Under the pieces are notes generated by a model. The model was given only the letters and a program-made list of their open reading frames with translations. It was not told the origin of the DNA and searched no databases. Below, one piece after another: positions 41,901 to 52,757 of a DNA stretch of 64,000 nt (position 1 is the first letter of the stretch; each line of letters begins with the position of its first letter). Both the position numbers and the translations under genes were made by a program. Origin of the DNA: Owenia fusiformis (taxonomy: Eukaryota); assembly GCA_903813345.2 (NCBI GenBank), contig CAIIXF020000001.1, forward strand, positions 14,508,001 through 14,572,000, given 5' to 3'.

Positions 41901-44467
41901 TTTTTACCAAAATTCAATTTTTTCACATTTTTTTAGTTTTTTTTTAGATTTTTTTTTAAAATTTTTTGAAAATCTCGCAAACTTTAAGACCAAGAAAACG
42001 CCTAGTACCTTGAGTATGTTTTGGAATTTTGGATCTTTATAAGGTATTGATGTACCTAGAACCTCAGTAGGTATGAAATACATCTGTTATGTACGGTCGG
42101 TTTTGGATACAGGGTTTATCCCGCGGGAAATATGTGTATCTCCCTCGGTCCCTGCGGTCCCCTCGGGAGATACACATATTTCCCTTGGGATAAACCCTGT
42201 ATCCAAAACCTCCCAGTACATAACCCTTATGTATTGTATTATAATTATATTATATTATATTTTATCCTATGCCAAGTACAGTTTTAGGGAGATCAGTTTG
42301 TAAGATATATCCCGTATCCTGATTTTGAGGTTTCCATATCCAGAACCTCCATATCTCCCGGCATATCTCACGCTTCGGTGCATATCTTCCCGCTCCGGTG
42401 CATATCTTCCCGCTTCCGGTAAGTAATGGAAATGCAATAAAATGACTTTGCATATGAATGATTTGTTTATTTTTGCACCTTGTACTATTGAAATGGCCAT
42501 ATGCCCCTGAAAACTCTACTTGGTATAGGATAAAGCAGTTATATACGGTCGGTTTGGTTATTGGGTTCAAACCTCGTGAGATATGCACATCTACCTTCGG
42601 TGCCTACGGTCCCTCAGGTAGATATGCATATCTCCCTCTGGATAAACCCCATATCCAAAACCTCCCAGTACATAACCCTTATATATTATATTATTATATT
42701 ATATAGAACCTCATATGATTTCAGATTCCATTCGGATTAACAAATACACTCAATGAGAGAAGTGTTAAAAAGTCAACTGGTAACAGCTCTGAAGATAAGC
42801 GATTGAACATAATATTTTTTCTCTTTGGATACGGGTTTTCTCAGTTGATTTCAGCTGTAGTGCTATTTTGGGCAGATATCATCCCCGGCTTTGGCAATGC
42901 GTCTGGCATCTCAAATCTGTTCGAAACGTAAGCCCTGTATTGCTAGAAAACATACTTATCTCTGATAGAATTATAAAATTTAATGTTGAATAAAACATTC
43001 TTCGATTCATGCAGTAAAACCTGTATTACTGAACACCTCCTATTCTGTCCAAAAGAGTTAAAAGAAACTCGAAATGTGAACACCTACCTGTTTTTGATGG
43101 CGCAATAATGCTCAGACAAGTTCTACTTATTTAGAATGATCCATGGCTAGGGTAAAATACAATAAACAACAATAAATATATGTATTATAGACCCTTTATC
43201 CGATGAATCAATGTTTCTTTGCCTATCTCATCCCATGTTTTGTTAATACCATAAGAACCATTTTTACCATTTTTCATGCAGATGGTGGTTTAATGCTCAG
43301 TGTAGTATTGGGTTGGCAGGATGTAGTGCAACACAAGCTTTCTATTTTTCTGGATTGATGTGGTGTTATATCATTGCAGACATAGGGATTAATCTGTTCC
43401 TACGCTTTACAGAAGGGGCAAATTATCTTGTCATGCTTTTAGTGAGTATCTCAAATACAATCTAAACTATACAGTGTTGTAGACTCCCTCCATAAGTTTG
43501 GCAATCGTACGGTCCCATTGGATTGTGCGCATAAGCCTGTTCAATTTCGTATACGTTTTTACTGCAATAAGTGCATGGACAATCTCAAACTTGATGAATC
43601 GCTAAAAATAATCAGGCTTTAACACTAAGTTAGAAAGACAACTGTCTGTTTCCAAAATTTAAATTAGAGGGGTGTATTAATAGATTGACGAATTATTCCG
43701 AACAAATTTAAATACTATGAAATTATCCTAGGATAATTTCATCTGTGAGAATAGGTTCATCAATAAAATATAATATAATAATAATGCATAGAAACAGGTA
43801 GACCTAATACATTACGGACAAGATTTTTGCACGAAACATCCAAAATGGCCGCCTTATAGTTAACACAGCATGCCTCAAAAGTATTACCTCAGACCATGAA
43901 GCATCTCTGAAGATTTGAAATCAATGCTTAAATGTGAAATTATATTGCTCAAAGAGCAGGGCATGCCATTGCATCTTTGATCATTTGAGTATGTAATCGT
44001 ACATTTATACCATATTTATGTTTTCTTTCAGACAATACGTACTCCACTTCTCTTTCTATTCTGGACCTTGTTCAGGGAATGTCCCTTCTATTGGGATCCA
44101 CATGCCAATCTTAGTACTTACTTGAGTATTGGTGCGATCGCTCTTATGCTTCCAGCCATGTATATTTACAATACTGGGTAGGTATATGTTACGTTAAATA
44201 TCAATCGATATTTTGGCTCATTTTTATAATATACACTCTCTTTCTATTCTGGACCTTGTTCAGGGAATGTCCCTTCTATTGGGATCCACATGCCAATCTT
44301 AGTACTTACTTGAGAATTGGTGCGATGTATCATGTATGCTTCATGTTTGTTTCAGAGACCCAGAGCATATTGCAAAAACACCGTCGGAGACAGATGCAAG
44401 AAAACCATTATTAGCCAATGACAAAACCTGTGACAGATATGGAAGCAATGTTCATGATATACAATAA
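38945..44467 (+). CDS. CRT-like transporter (chloroquine resistance transporter homologue, DMT superfamily), paralogue A, 410 aa, 6 coding exons
   Basis: Exons 38945-39366, 40606-40795, 42725-42927, 43282-43441, 44032-44177 and 44356-44467 are all GT-AG and sum to 1233 nt in one frame ending TAA. About 10 hydrophobic segments. Motifs KRTAPYL.SVLSNFNIPITFVIRFIILRKRP, FWADIIPGFG, QCSIGLAGC and EGANY resemble crt-homologue proteins. Family call is by recognition, not search. Confidence 0.85.
39387..40498. mobile_element. Non-autonomous TIR element in intron 1 of paralogue A
   Basis: TIR tagggagtttaagattagcgtaaa / tttacgctaatcttaatctcccta. Absent from the equivalent 131-bp intron of paralogue B (empty site ...tcta|ttgagacaaaa). 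Confidence 0.8.
39427..39825. mobile_element. Mutator-like palindromic MITE with 9-bp TSD
   Basis: Long TIR gcactggtgatccactcgattacgctggttaccaaaacg...; TTTACCTAT on both sides (39418-39426, 39826-39834). Confidence 0.88.
40935..41462 (-). mobile_element. Crypton-like non-autonomous element, reverse orientation, hairpin partly lost
   Basis: Residual hairpin apex ctcggtcactgcgttccctcgggaaatatt followed by ttatcctatg repeats. The architecture mirrors the adjacent elements. Confidence 0.4.
41725..42235 (+). mobile_element. Crypton-like non-autonomous element
   Basis: Perfect 30-bp IR atttcatacctactgaggttctaggtacat (41731-41760 / 42050-42079), then a terminal hairpin at ~42086-42224. Confidence 0.7.
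42258..42690 (+). mobile_element. Second Crypton-like element directly downstream
   Basis: IR tttatcctatgccaagtacagtttt (42261) / aaaactctacttggtataggataaa (42510), then a hairpin at ~42538-42675 homologous to the previous one. Confidence 0.7.
44237..44326 (+). repeat. 90-bp intronic duplicate of part of exon 5 (44049-44138)
   Basis: 89/90 identical by eye; no splice sites at its edges. Confidence 0.9.
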
Positions 44468-45329
44468 TATAGTGTTTGTTTTTAATAACCAATTATGAAA
44501 AGCATGTTGTTGTCTTTGAGCGGATATACAGATACAGAATGATGTCAATCAATCCAAATACACTTATTGGTGACGCAAGATGATATGCTGTATATTATTT
44601 GTCACATAATGCGTTTTAAATAACACAGATGCGAGTATGACGTATACCAGTTTCACCACCAGGTGGTTTGTTCGGGTCGGATGGCTTGATGGCATGGCGG
44701 GTATAGTAGAAAGTTACAGAAAACTAAATATGTAAAAAATAACAAAAAAAATATATAATAAAATATATCCAGTAAAGGAAAATGTTATCTGTTCAATACA
44801 ATAAAAGATATTTCACTTTTTTGATTTTGTAACATGGGGTCTATGGGGAATCAAACCGATCACTTTCAAAAAAATTAGATTTTCAAAGTTGATTAACAAT
44901 TTTCGAAACCATATTTCTAGATGTAGATTTCAAATATGATTTCACTTTGACTGAATTTTGAATATTTAATGACGTAAATCTAGATTATTTCTACTCGCAT
45001 CTAGTCTATTAGGATTGTTTTCATGGAAATAATCCAACCTTAAATGTCTCATAAATCATATTCTGAATCGCTAATCACTTCAGTGCGACCCATAACACCC
45101 ATAAAACCAGTAATGATTACATCAATTTGATTTAGTTTATCATGAAGCCACATGTCTCCTCTTTCTATCAGACATTACCATTATGTGGAGACTAGCTTAC
45201 TTTTCAAGTAGCACTCGATTTTTTCCTGGTGTAAACCTAGCTATCTCAATATAAGGTCCCTAAGGAGCTTTCGTGTTACAATTTCAATTATATTTATTAT
45301 ACCATCACCCAAATAAAGGGTATTGGGCA

Positions 45330-46520
45330 AAAGTACATACAGTAAATAAGCATATAACAATTAAGTATTTGTAACAAACATATTTACAATTGCTTCACAG
45401 CCTCATTTAAAAACTTACATAATGCTAACAATACTTTACTATCAGATTGTAACAGCTTGGCATATTTAAAAGTACTAATGTTTTTACAAAAATATTGGGG
45501 TAAATATTGTTTTCTACATTCTAATATAAAATGAAATTCATCTCCTAATGAATTGTTATTACATAGTTCACAGAATCTTCTATTTCTTTCTACATTTCTA
45601 TACCTACCCCTCTCAATAGGTAATTTTGTGTTGGACATTCTGTATTTTGATAAAATGACTCTAATTTTTGTGAGGCAGTGAAAATAAGTAGTAACTTAAA
45701 TTCTGTTTTAAAAATTCTATAATTAAAACCTATGCTACTATTACTTACATCATTTTTTCATTGTTAGTGCTTAATCTATACCAATATTTTAATATACATA
45801 AATCAGATTTTACTCTTAATGGCATTCTCCCTAACTCACCATAAACCATAAAGTTTGGTGTTGATGCTTTGACTTTAAGGATTTACTTTAAAAACTTTAA
45901 ATGTAATTTTTCTATTTTTGTATTGTTGATAAAGCCCCATACCTCACCCCTATATAACAAAATGGGGACAACAAGCGTATCAAAAAGATGTAATTGTGTC
46001 TTAATTGGTAACGAATATCTATTACGCTGGCTAAGTATAGCAAACATGGCCTTTTCTGCCTGGCTATATACATTTTTAATACTTTGATTAAATCCATCCT
46101 TTTGATCAATAATAACAAGATATTTAAAAACAGACACATTTTCACGTTTAATTCCATCCAAAACTACATTTTGAATACCTCTTCTACCAGTTTTATTATT
46201 ACTAAAAACCACAACCTTGGTTTTATCTAAATTGATGTGGACTTTCCATTTTTTACAATATTGTGATAATTTAGAAAAGGCATTTTGCAAATTGGTCATA
46301 GAATTAGCAAATATCACAGTATCATCTGCATACAATAGAACAAGCAACTTTAAAAGTACATTTAGTTGTGCGTAGGTTCACAATAGGTTCACAACTATTG
46401 TCAAGTAAAAAGGCTTCTACATCATTTATAAACAAAGCAGAAAGCAAAGGGGAGAGATTTTCTCCCTGACATAGCCCTAAAGATGGGCTAAAAGATCAGA
46501 CTTTTTTTACATTATTGCCA
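45330..46520 (-). mobile_element. 5'-truncated LINE (RTE-X-like) ORF2 remnant
   Basis: Minus strand: CQGENLSPL, LLYADDTVIFA, YCKKWKVHINLDKTKVVVF, and C-terminal KLPIERGRY...RFCELC...GDEFHFILEC, with frameshifts. Confidence 0.88.
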
Positions 46521-46599
46521 CCTTGCAGGGCCTGTTCTAGGGGTTTTAGTACTAGTTGAGAAGGCATTTAAATTGCTATATTGACGTGAGCAATATTGT

Positions 46600-46858
46600 G
46601 TCGGGCGTTAATGACTTTAGTCGGGCAATAATGACATTATCCGCTCGGCTATGTTTCCCGGGAAAAGTGATATCGTTCAGTGCGTAAGATTTTCTATTTC
46701 AAATTTGCTATTTCAGCCCTGGTCATTAACGGTGGTAATAATAGTAATAACGTCATTTCTGCCGGCTAAATAGTGAAATATTGGACCTTGGGCCTGCGGC
46801 CCTTGGTCCAATATTTCACTATATTGCCCTTTGAAATGACGTTATTGTACTATTATCA
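46600..46858 (+). mobile_element. Short Crypton-like element / long hairpin
   Basis: Hairpin 46738-46857 (atagtgaaatattggacc...ggtccaatatttcactat, apex gggcctgcggccc), preceded by a ttaatgac / gtcattaa IR. Confidence 0.55.
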
Positions 46859-47139
46859 TGAGATACACAACTCTTAATATATATAGACGTGCACGGACCT
46901 GAGGACAATTCGGGAAATACGGGCTAATCTCAGCTTTAAGCGTTAATATCTGCCTTATTTAAAAAGCTAACTATGTGTATTATATATCATTTTTAAGTAT
47001 TTTTTATTCGCATTTCACTGAAATTATTTTTCCTTGAAAAGTATGATGGGATCTACCATATTTTTTAAGTTAAATGTACTCCGACATCGTCAGATACGCT
47101 GTAAGGCGTTACATTTCACGCTTACACGGTTCGTTGAAA

Positions 47140-47790
47140 TCGGAATAACTTTTGAAATACTGATCAGAATTTTACTAAAATTTCACATTTTATTCATTGA
47201 AACATGTGTTTTTATGACGTCACAATTGCCTAGCGGATACAGTTCAAATCGTCTTATATGAACGCTTTTAAGATTTTCAAAATTGTGTAAGGTTTTGAAG
47301 GCGAAGGAGACAAGCAATAAATTTACCTTTATTTAACCTTCTAATTTAGGTCTGATTTCAAAAAAATATTAACTGCATAATATTGTCATGTCGAAATTTA
47401 CAAAACAATAACCGATTTCTTTCTTTTTCAAATAATAAGAGAATAAGAGTTGCTTTTAGAGACTTGACAAAAATGTAACGCATCGATTTTTACCACAAAT
47501 CCCATACATATCAATTTTTACTAACGCCCCAAGTGGATTTCCTGACCGTTTTTCAAAAATCAAAAACATTTTAGAAATATTGTCCTCGAGATCTTCATGC
47601 TCTGTGAATTTCACCAGGATTGAATAAGAATAAAGCATCTTATTTATAGGTTGACTAAACTTGACAAAATGTAACGCTTGTCGTCTTTGACGTTATAATG
47701 CTGATTGCGCCCTATACGGCCCATTGTATTGTTTTTGTATTTTGACGCCATAATGTTACTCTAATTGTCCCCTGTTTCGTGCGACGTGTA
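47140..47790 (+). repeat. Interspersed DNA-element fragment; inverted homologue at ~62140-62790
   Basis: For example, aaaacattttagaaatattgtcctcgagatctt (47563) is the reverse complement of aagatctcgaggacaatatttctaaaatgtttt (62333). Collinear over ~650 bp. Confidence 0.8.
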
Positions 47791-48609
47791 ACTGTGTTGC
47801 GTCATATAATGTGTCGGTATTATGTTTCGGTAATCGAAAACCGATGACAATTTTTTATAATCTGCTTATATTTTAAAACTTACGTTCATCTAGACATAAC
47901 TTTTGCTATCACATGGTAGAATCATATAATCGCCACCGAATGGACGTATGGAACAATAAAACTGACAAACTGCGTGCATAGTATGGGTTGGATACCGCGA
48001 CGTGCAAGTGATTGCTGCTCTCCGCCAGAACCAACAGATGAGTTAAAGAGGTGTTTGTGACAAAGAGAGACGAACCAGTCTCTGTGTCACGTGTAGAGAA
48101 ATGGTGGCCAGGTGAAGGGTTATGGTCTGTAATCTTTCATAGAATGAGAGACAATGGTGTGACTTATTTAAAGTTTAACCTTTTCATAGTAAATCTGAAA
48201 CTTGTGTTATGTAAGTCTTGTGACTAGAATTAATCTCCAGTCCCAATAACATAATGATTTACCTTGGCAATTAATTTCACCCATGCGCGAAAATACAATG
48301 ATTATTCAGTGATTATTCTGTGGACCATGATCACATATGAAAAAACGACATATCATTGGAAAGAGGAAGTATAGTTAGATGTTGAGATATTTCCTCCCAA
48401 ATCATTCATAAATTGGCGAAAGCAAGCATGGAAGAATAACTCATGAAATAGATTCTTCGGTGCTTTATATACACAGTGAATATAAAACAGTCCATATATT
48501 CTTAAACACAAGTGTCCCTTTTAACACTCTTGACATGATTAAAATCATAACATCTTGTTACTTAAAACATGTACACAGATTACATTGACATCAGGACCCA
48601 GACATATAT

Positions 48610-51600
48610 CACTGGCGTAGCTAGGATTTCTCAAGGGGGGGTGCATGAGGCAAATTTTTCAGATTAATGAGGCAAAAAACTCGGAAAGCGGCAAAAAGTG
48701 TCAATGGGACAAAATCTACTCACACATCCAGTCATCTAGTACCAGTCAAAAAAAGAATATATTTTATTTAATAATGTATTTTAATACCCTAGACATCATC
48801 ATTTTTTTACGCACATCATTTCTTACAAGTATTTAGTGGGTAATCTTCAATATATTTCATTTTAAATAATGCTAAAATTAAAATGCCAAGGCACCTGCTT
48901 GCAGATATGTATACTTACCTAGTAAATCATAGTGACCTTCACGGCCTTGGCAACTGGTTTTGTAAAATAAATGGATAGTGTGTTTCTTTCCGCCAGAGTA
49001 CTCTGCAATGATTTTCTGCCTCCACCCATCCTCAGATGTGAACACTTCTTGATGAAGGAGGATCCTAGCCTCAAGAACATCTGCAGCAAGCTGAAAAATA
49101 AGATAATAAATAATCTGTTATACAATCTTATTCTAATGACTGTGATAAACCTACATACTTTTTAAATGATAAATACCACAAAGTGCCACAACCTAAATAA
49201 ATAAAAAATTAAAAACTATTATTCTAGTAATAAGAGACTTGCATGGTCAACTGTACATGATTATAATATATAATACATTTACACATTATAGTGTAGGTTC
49301 GATGTAAAACTTTTTTCTTTTTAAAGTACATATTAATACTAGTATTATCAATAACTTGTCTTATTTGATCTCAGAGGCTCAGCTAAGCTAGAATATTTTA
49401 ATTGTATTATAATAAACTTTTGAAAAATCTTGGTAACAAACACAAATACTAGGTATGTTCTTAGGCAGAATCAGATCTATAAGGTGGCTTAATTGCAAGC
49501 AATGTTCAGTTGACATACCAATATACTCCTTACAATCTCAAATATAATATAATATATTCCAAAAGACTCACAACATGTTATAAATTGATGAAGCTACTGA
49601 GGATTCAAAGTTCCAAAGAAAATAGACCCGACAAGGAATGATATGAGCTCAAAATATTCTTAAATTGAAATTAGTTTTGTCAAGAGTACTCTCAAGGATT
49701 TTGCCAGATTAGATTCAGCCTTTAAGTATTGGTAATTCAAACATGCCAAGTGTGTCTCAGCCAATCAGCTTGGAACATTTCAGTGTTTTAATTTATTGAT
49801 AAATGCATGAAAATGATTTTGCTGTGCATTTAATTTTTGATAAATGCCAGCCTCACCAGTACTATTCTTTAAAAAGGGGTGACAGCATATCATCAGTGGG
49901 TTCATTTCAGTCAATGCTATGATTTTCCAATCAAATTTTCATAATTTTTCTACATCAAATTAATTATTTAATTTCCTATAATATTTTGACAAACAAAACC
50001 TCAATAGTTTTCAAAGGAATATCAATTGTAACCCAACACCCCTATTTAGCATTTCTTTATAATAAACTTGTCCAATACATTTTGATTTCTTCAAAGACAC
50101 TAATCTTGTAAATGTAATTGGTGAACAGTTCTACTTCATCATCACCAGAGTCATGTTGCAATAAAAAATCATGTATCATTCTATATTGGAAATATATAGT
50201 ACATACACTCATGCTTTTATATTTTTCCAATATAGAATGATACACGATTCTTTATTCCTTAAATAGATGAATAACTTTACATAATTTGATAAAATAAATA
50301 TCAAATAAAGATTCTTCAAGTCAGTGTTTTCAATCTTGTCAGCCTTTCCATCTCTAATTTGATACATAAGTACATGTCTTTAATAGTACATAAATTTAAG
50401 ATACTGTAGTGTGTTTACTGACTCACCTGGAGCTCAAATTCTCCACCTTCAACTCCCTCTCTTGTCATATTTCTCATTTCCTCATCAAGTGATTTATATC
50501 TCTCCATCGGAACACATCCTCTTTCCTTGTACTTTTTTTTATGTTTATTGTAATGACGACATATTTTTCTTCTAAAAGTCAATCCTGCTTGTCGCTCTTT
50601 TACATATGTAATTGTTGAGTCACAGCCTCGAGATAAGGCCCGGAACATACAAGACCCATCTCCTTGTATTTTCACCACATCAACTGAAAATAATAAGTGA
50701 TCAGTGAAGTTTAACAGACAATGATTATTTTATGATTATTTTATTCATATTACATATTCTTTTCAGAGTGATTTTCGTTTTCTTTGAATAGCGTAACCAA
50801 TTACAAACATTTCTTTATTCCAATTCTAGGATCCAATGGAGGATCCCAAACTTGAATATCACAAGGCTTTATCCCAGCACAAAATTTTCAGAATTATTCC
50901 AAAGCCTCTGGAAAATATTTTGACTAAGAGTATTCTACAAAATCAGATGAATGAGGATTCTTTGAGTTGACCTTTTAGAGCATGGGTATGGTAGTGGCCT
51001 CGGAATTTGTGTGACAACAATTATATAATCAATTGAATTATGTTTGTGAATTATTATCATTTCACTCAAAGTCTTTATTTCATTAAATATTTAATTTGAA
51101 AACATAGGATCAAATCCTATGCTAAGGGCTGATGTGAAAAAAGTCACTCCACCCTGGTGGGAATCAAACCCACAACCTCACTCCTCATAAATGTACATAT
51201 AACCCTCTGTTCACAATACCATATTACGAGATCCAGAGCTTTCATTAAGAAGTGATGATATGTCTTGTGTACTTGATAAATGTTTTTTTTATGGCATTGG
51301 ACGTGATGTTTGGTATGGTATCACTCACTATCTATCTTTTTAGTATGATTATTATTAGGTAGTTACGTACATGTTGAAGTACATTTCGACATATTCCCTA
51401 AACATACATGGGGTGATAACTTATAGACTTACCCTCCACAGATGATTCATTGATTGGTATTGCACATTACTTTTGGTATGGGATCCTACTGATATTTATG
51501 TATTTGTACGGGTATGGACCTATATCCTCTTGGTACGGGGTTGGGGCATGTGAACGATTTGATATCAAAAGGCCACGAAGCCTCGCCAATGCTCAATGGG

Positions 51601-52684
51601 AATATAATAACATTCAATGAGAATGATATCATGATCCTGGCAAACGCCTTCAAATGCTGACGCACTTGCCCAGCCTTTATGAGATCCCGGGAATATGATT
51701 TGTATATAGATAATCTATATCAAATACAGGAGAGTTCAGCACATGACGAAAGGAAAAAAAAGTGAAATAGGCTTCAAAGAATCAGGTGTGTTGGTTCCAT
51801 ACCTATAGAGACACAACTCTGGCGAATATTTTAATAAGTGGCAGTTGTAAAAATACACAATCTATATCGTGAAAAGTGAAATTCAGGAATGGGGGAAATA
51901 TATTTAAGAGAAAGGGGTGTCAGCTTAGCAGACAACTTTTGAGTGGTTGGCTCCTTCCATATAAATACGCAAAATATGCGAAGCATGTTTATTTAAATGT
52001 ATCTTGTTAAAAATGGGTATATGCATCGTGATTATTCATCAACAGAAAAGAGGAGAGAATTTTTTACGAATCCTTCCACCCCCACACTTATAATGGACAC
52101 GACCATGCTAACACAGCAATATTCTTCTCAAAAAACTTGAAAATTAATCGTCTTGTTCCTACTGTTCTGGTTTTTATTTTTCAGTATTTTTACGCTCAAA
52201 AAGTAACTATTACTTACATTCATCACCTCTACAAATCATCCTCTCACAACTAATCCAAATTATATCGTAATCTGTAGAATTCAATTGGAGCATTTACAGA
52301 AGATTTGTGCTCAGGCTGTGCTTTTCGTTCAGTGTTGAAGGCGGGATAAAATTTCTTGCGCAAATTTGAAAAGGTTGCGCAATACACTATCATGGTCAAA
52401 TTTATTCGCGCAGTGCTACAACCGGAAGTTTATGAGAACGAAACATTCTTTCTCTCATTTTTAATAGATCTTGGGTATTAATCAGAGTGACATTCCAGGT
52501 TCTCGTATGGAAAGTGGCGTCAAAGCCATGGAGAAAGTGCTACAAGTGACTTGAGGCAAAATATTCACGTTTTTTCTGAGGCAAATAAAAAAAAATTGAC
52601 GAGTCAAATTTTGTAAAAAGCGACGAGGCAAAACTCAAGGGGGGGTGCAAGCGCACCCGACGCGACCCCCTGGCGACGGCCTTG
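48610..52684. mobile_element. ~4.1-kb TIR DNA element with TATAT TSD carrying an OTU protease gene
   Basis: Left end CACTGGCGTAGCTAGG; right end reverse complement CAAGGCCGTCGCCAGG. Subterminal GAGGCAAA repeats and ctcaagggggggtgca at both ends. TATAT at 48605-48609 and 52685-52689. Confidence 0.7.
48919..50683 (-). CDS. Spliced OTU-domain cysteine protease (deubiquitinase-like); two exons, gene ends not defined
   Basis: Exon 50683-50427 (ttttcag|..DVVKIQGDGSCMFRALS...GVEGGEFELQ|gtgagt) joins in phase 0 to exon 49090-48919 (ttttcag|LAADVLEARILLHQ...KHTIHLFYKTSCQGREGHYDLL|gtaagt). Cys-loop, V-loop and His-loop motifs are all present, with no stops. Confidence 0.78.
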
Positions 52685-52757
52685 TATATGATATCTTATA
52701 TGATACATAGCAACTGTTTACAAACTAGGTCTATGAACAATATCACTCTATGATTTA

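Noticed and set aside
51140-51190. tRNA gene (minus-strand B-box-like ggtttgattccc); also 27375-27432
   Set aside because: No complete cloverleaf; better explained as SINE head fragments.
51433-51700. Candidate upstream exon or second degenerate OTU segment (GWASASAFEGVCQDHDIILI)
   Set aside because: All three frames have stops before the donor at 51433, so it cannot be joined to the OTU exons without assuming mutations.
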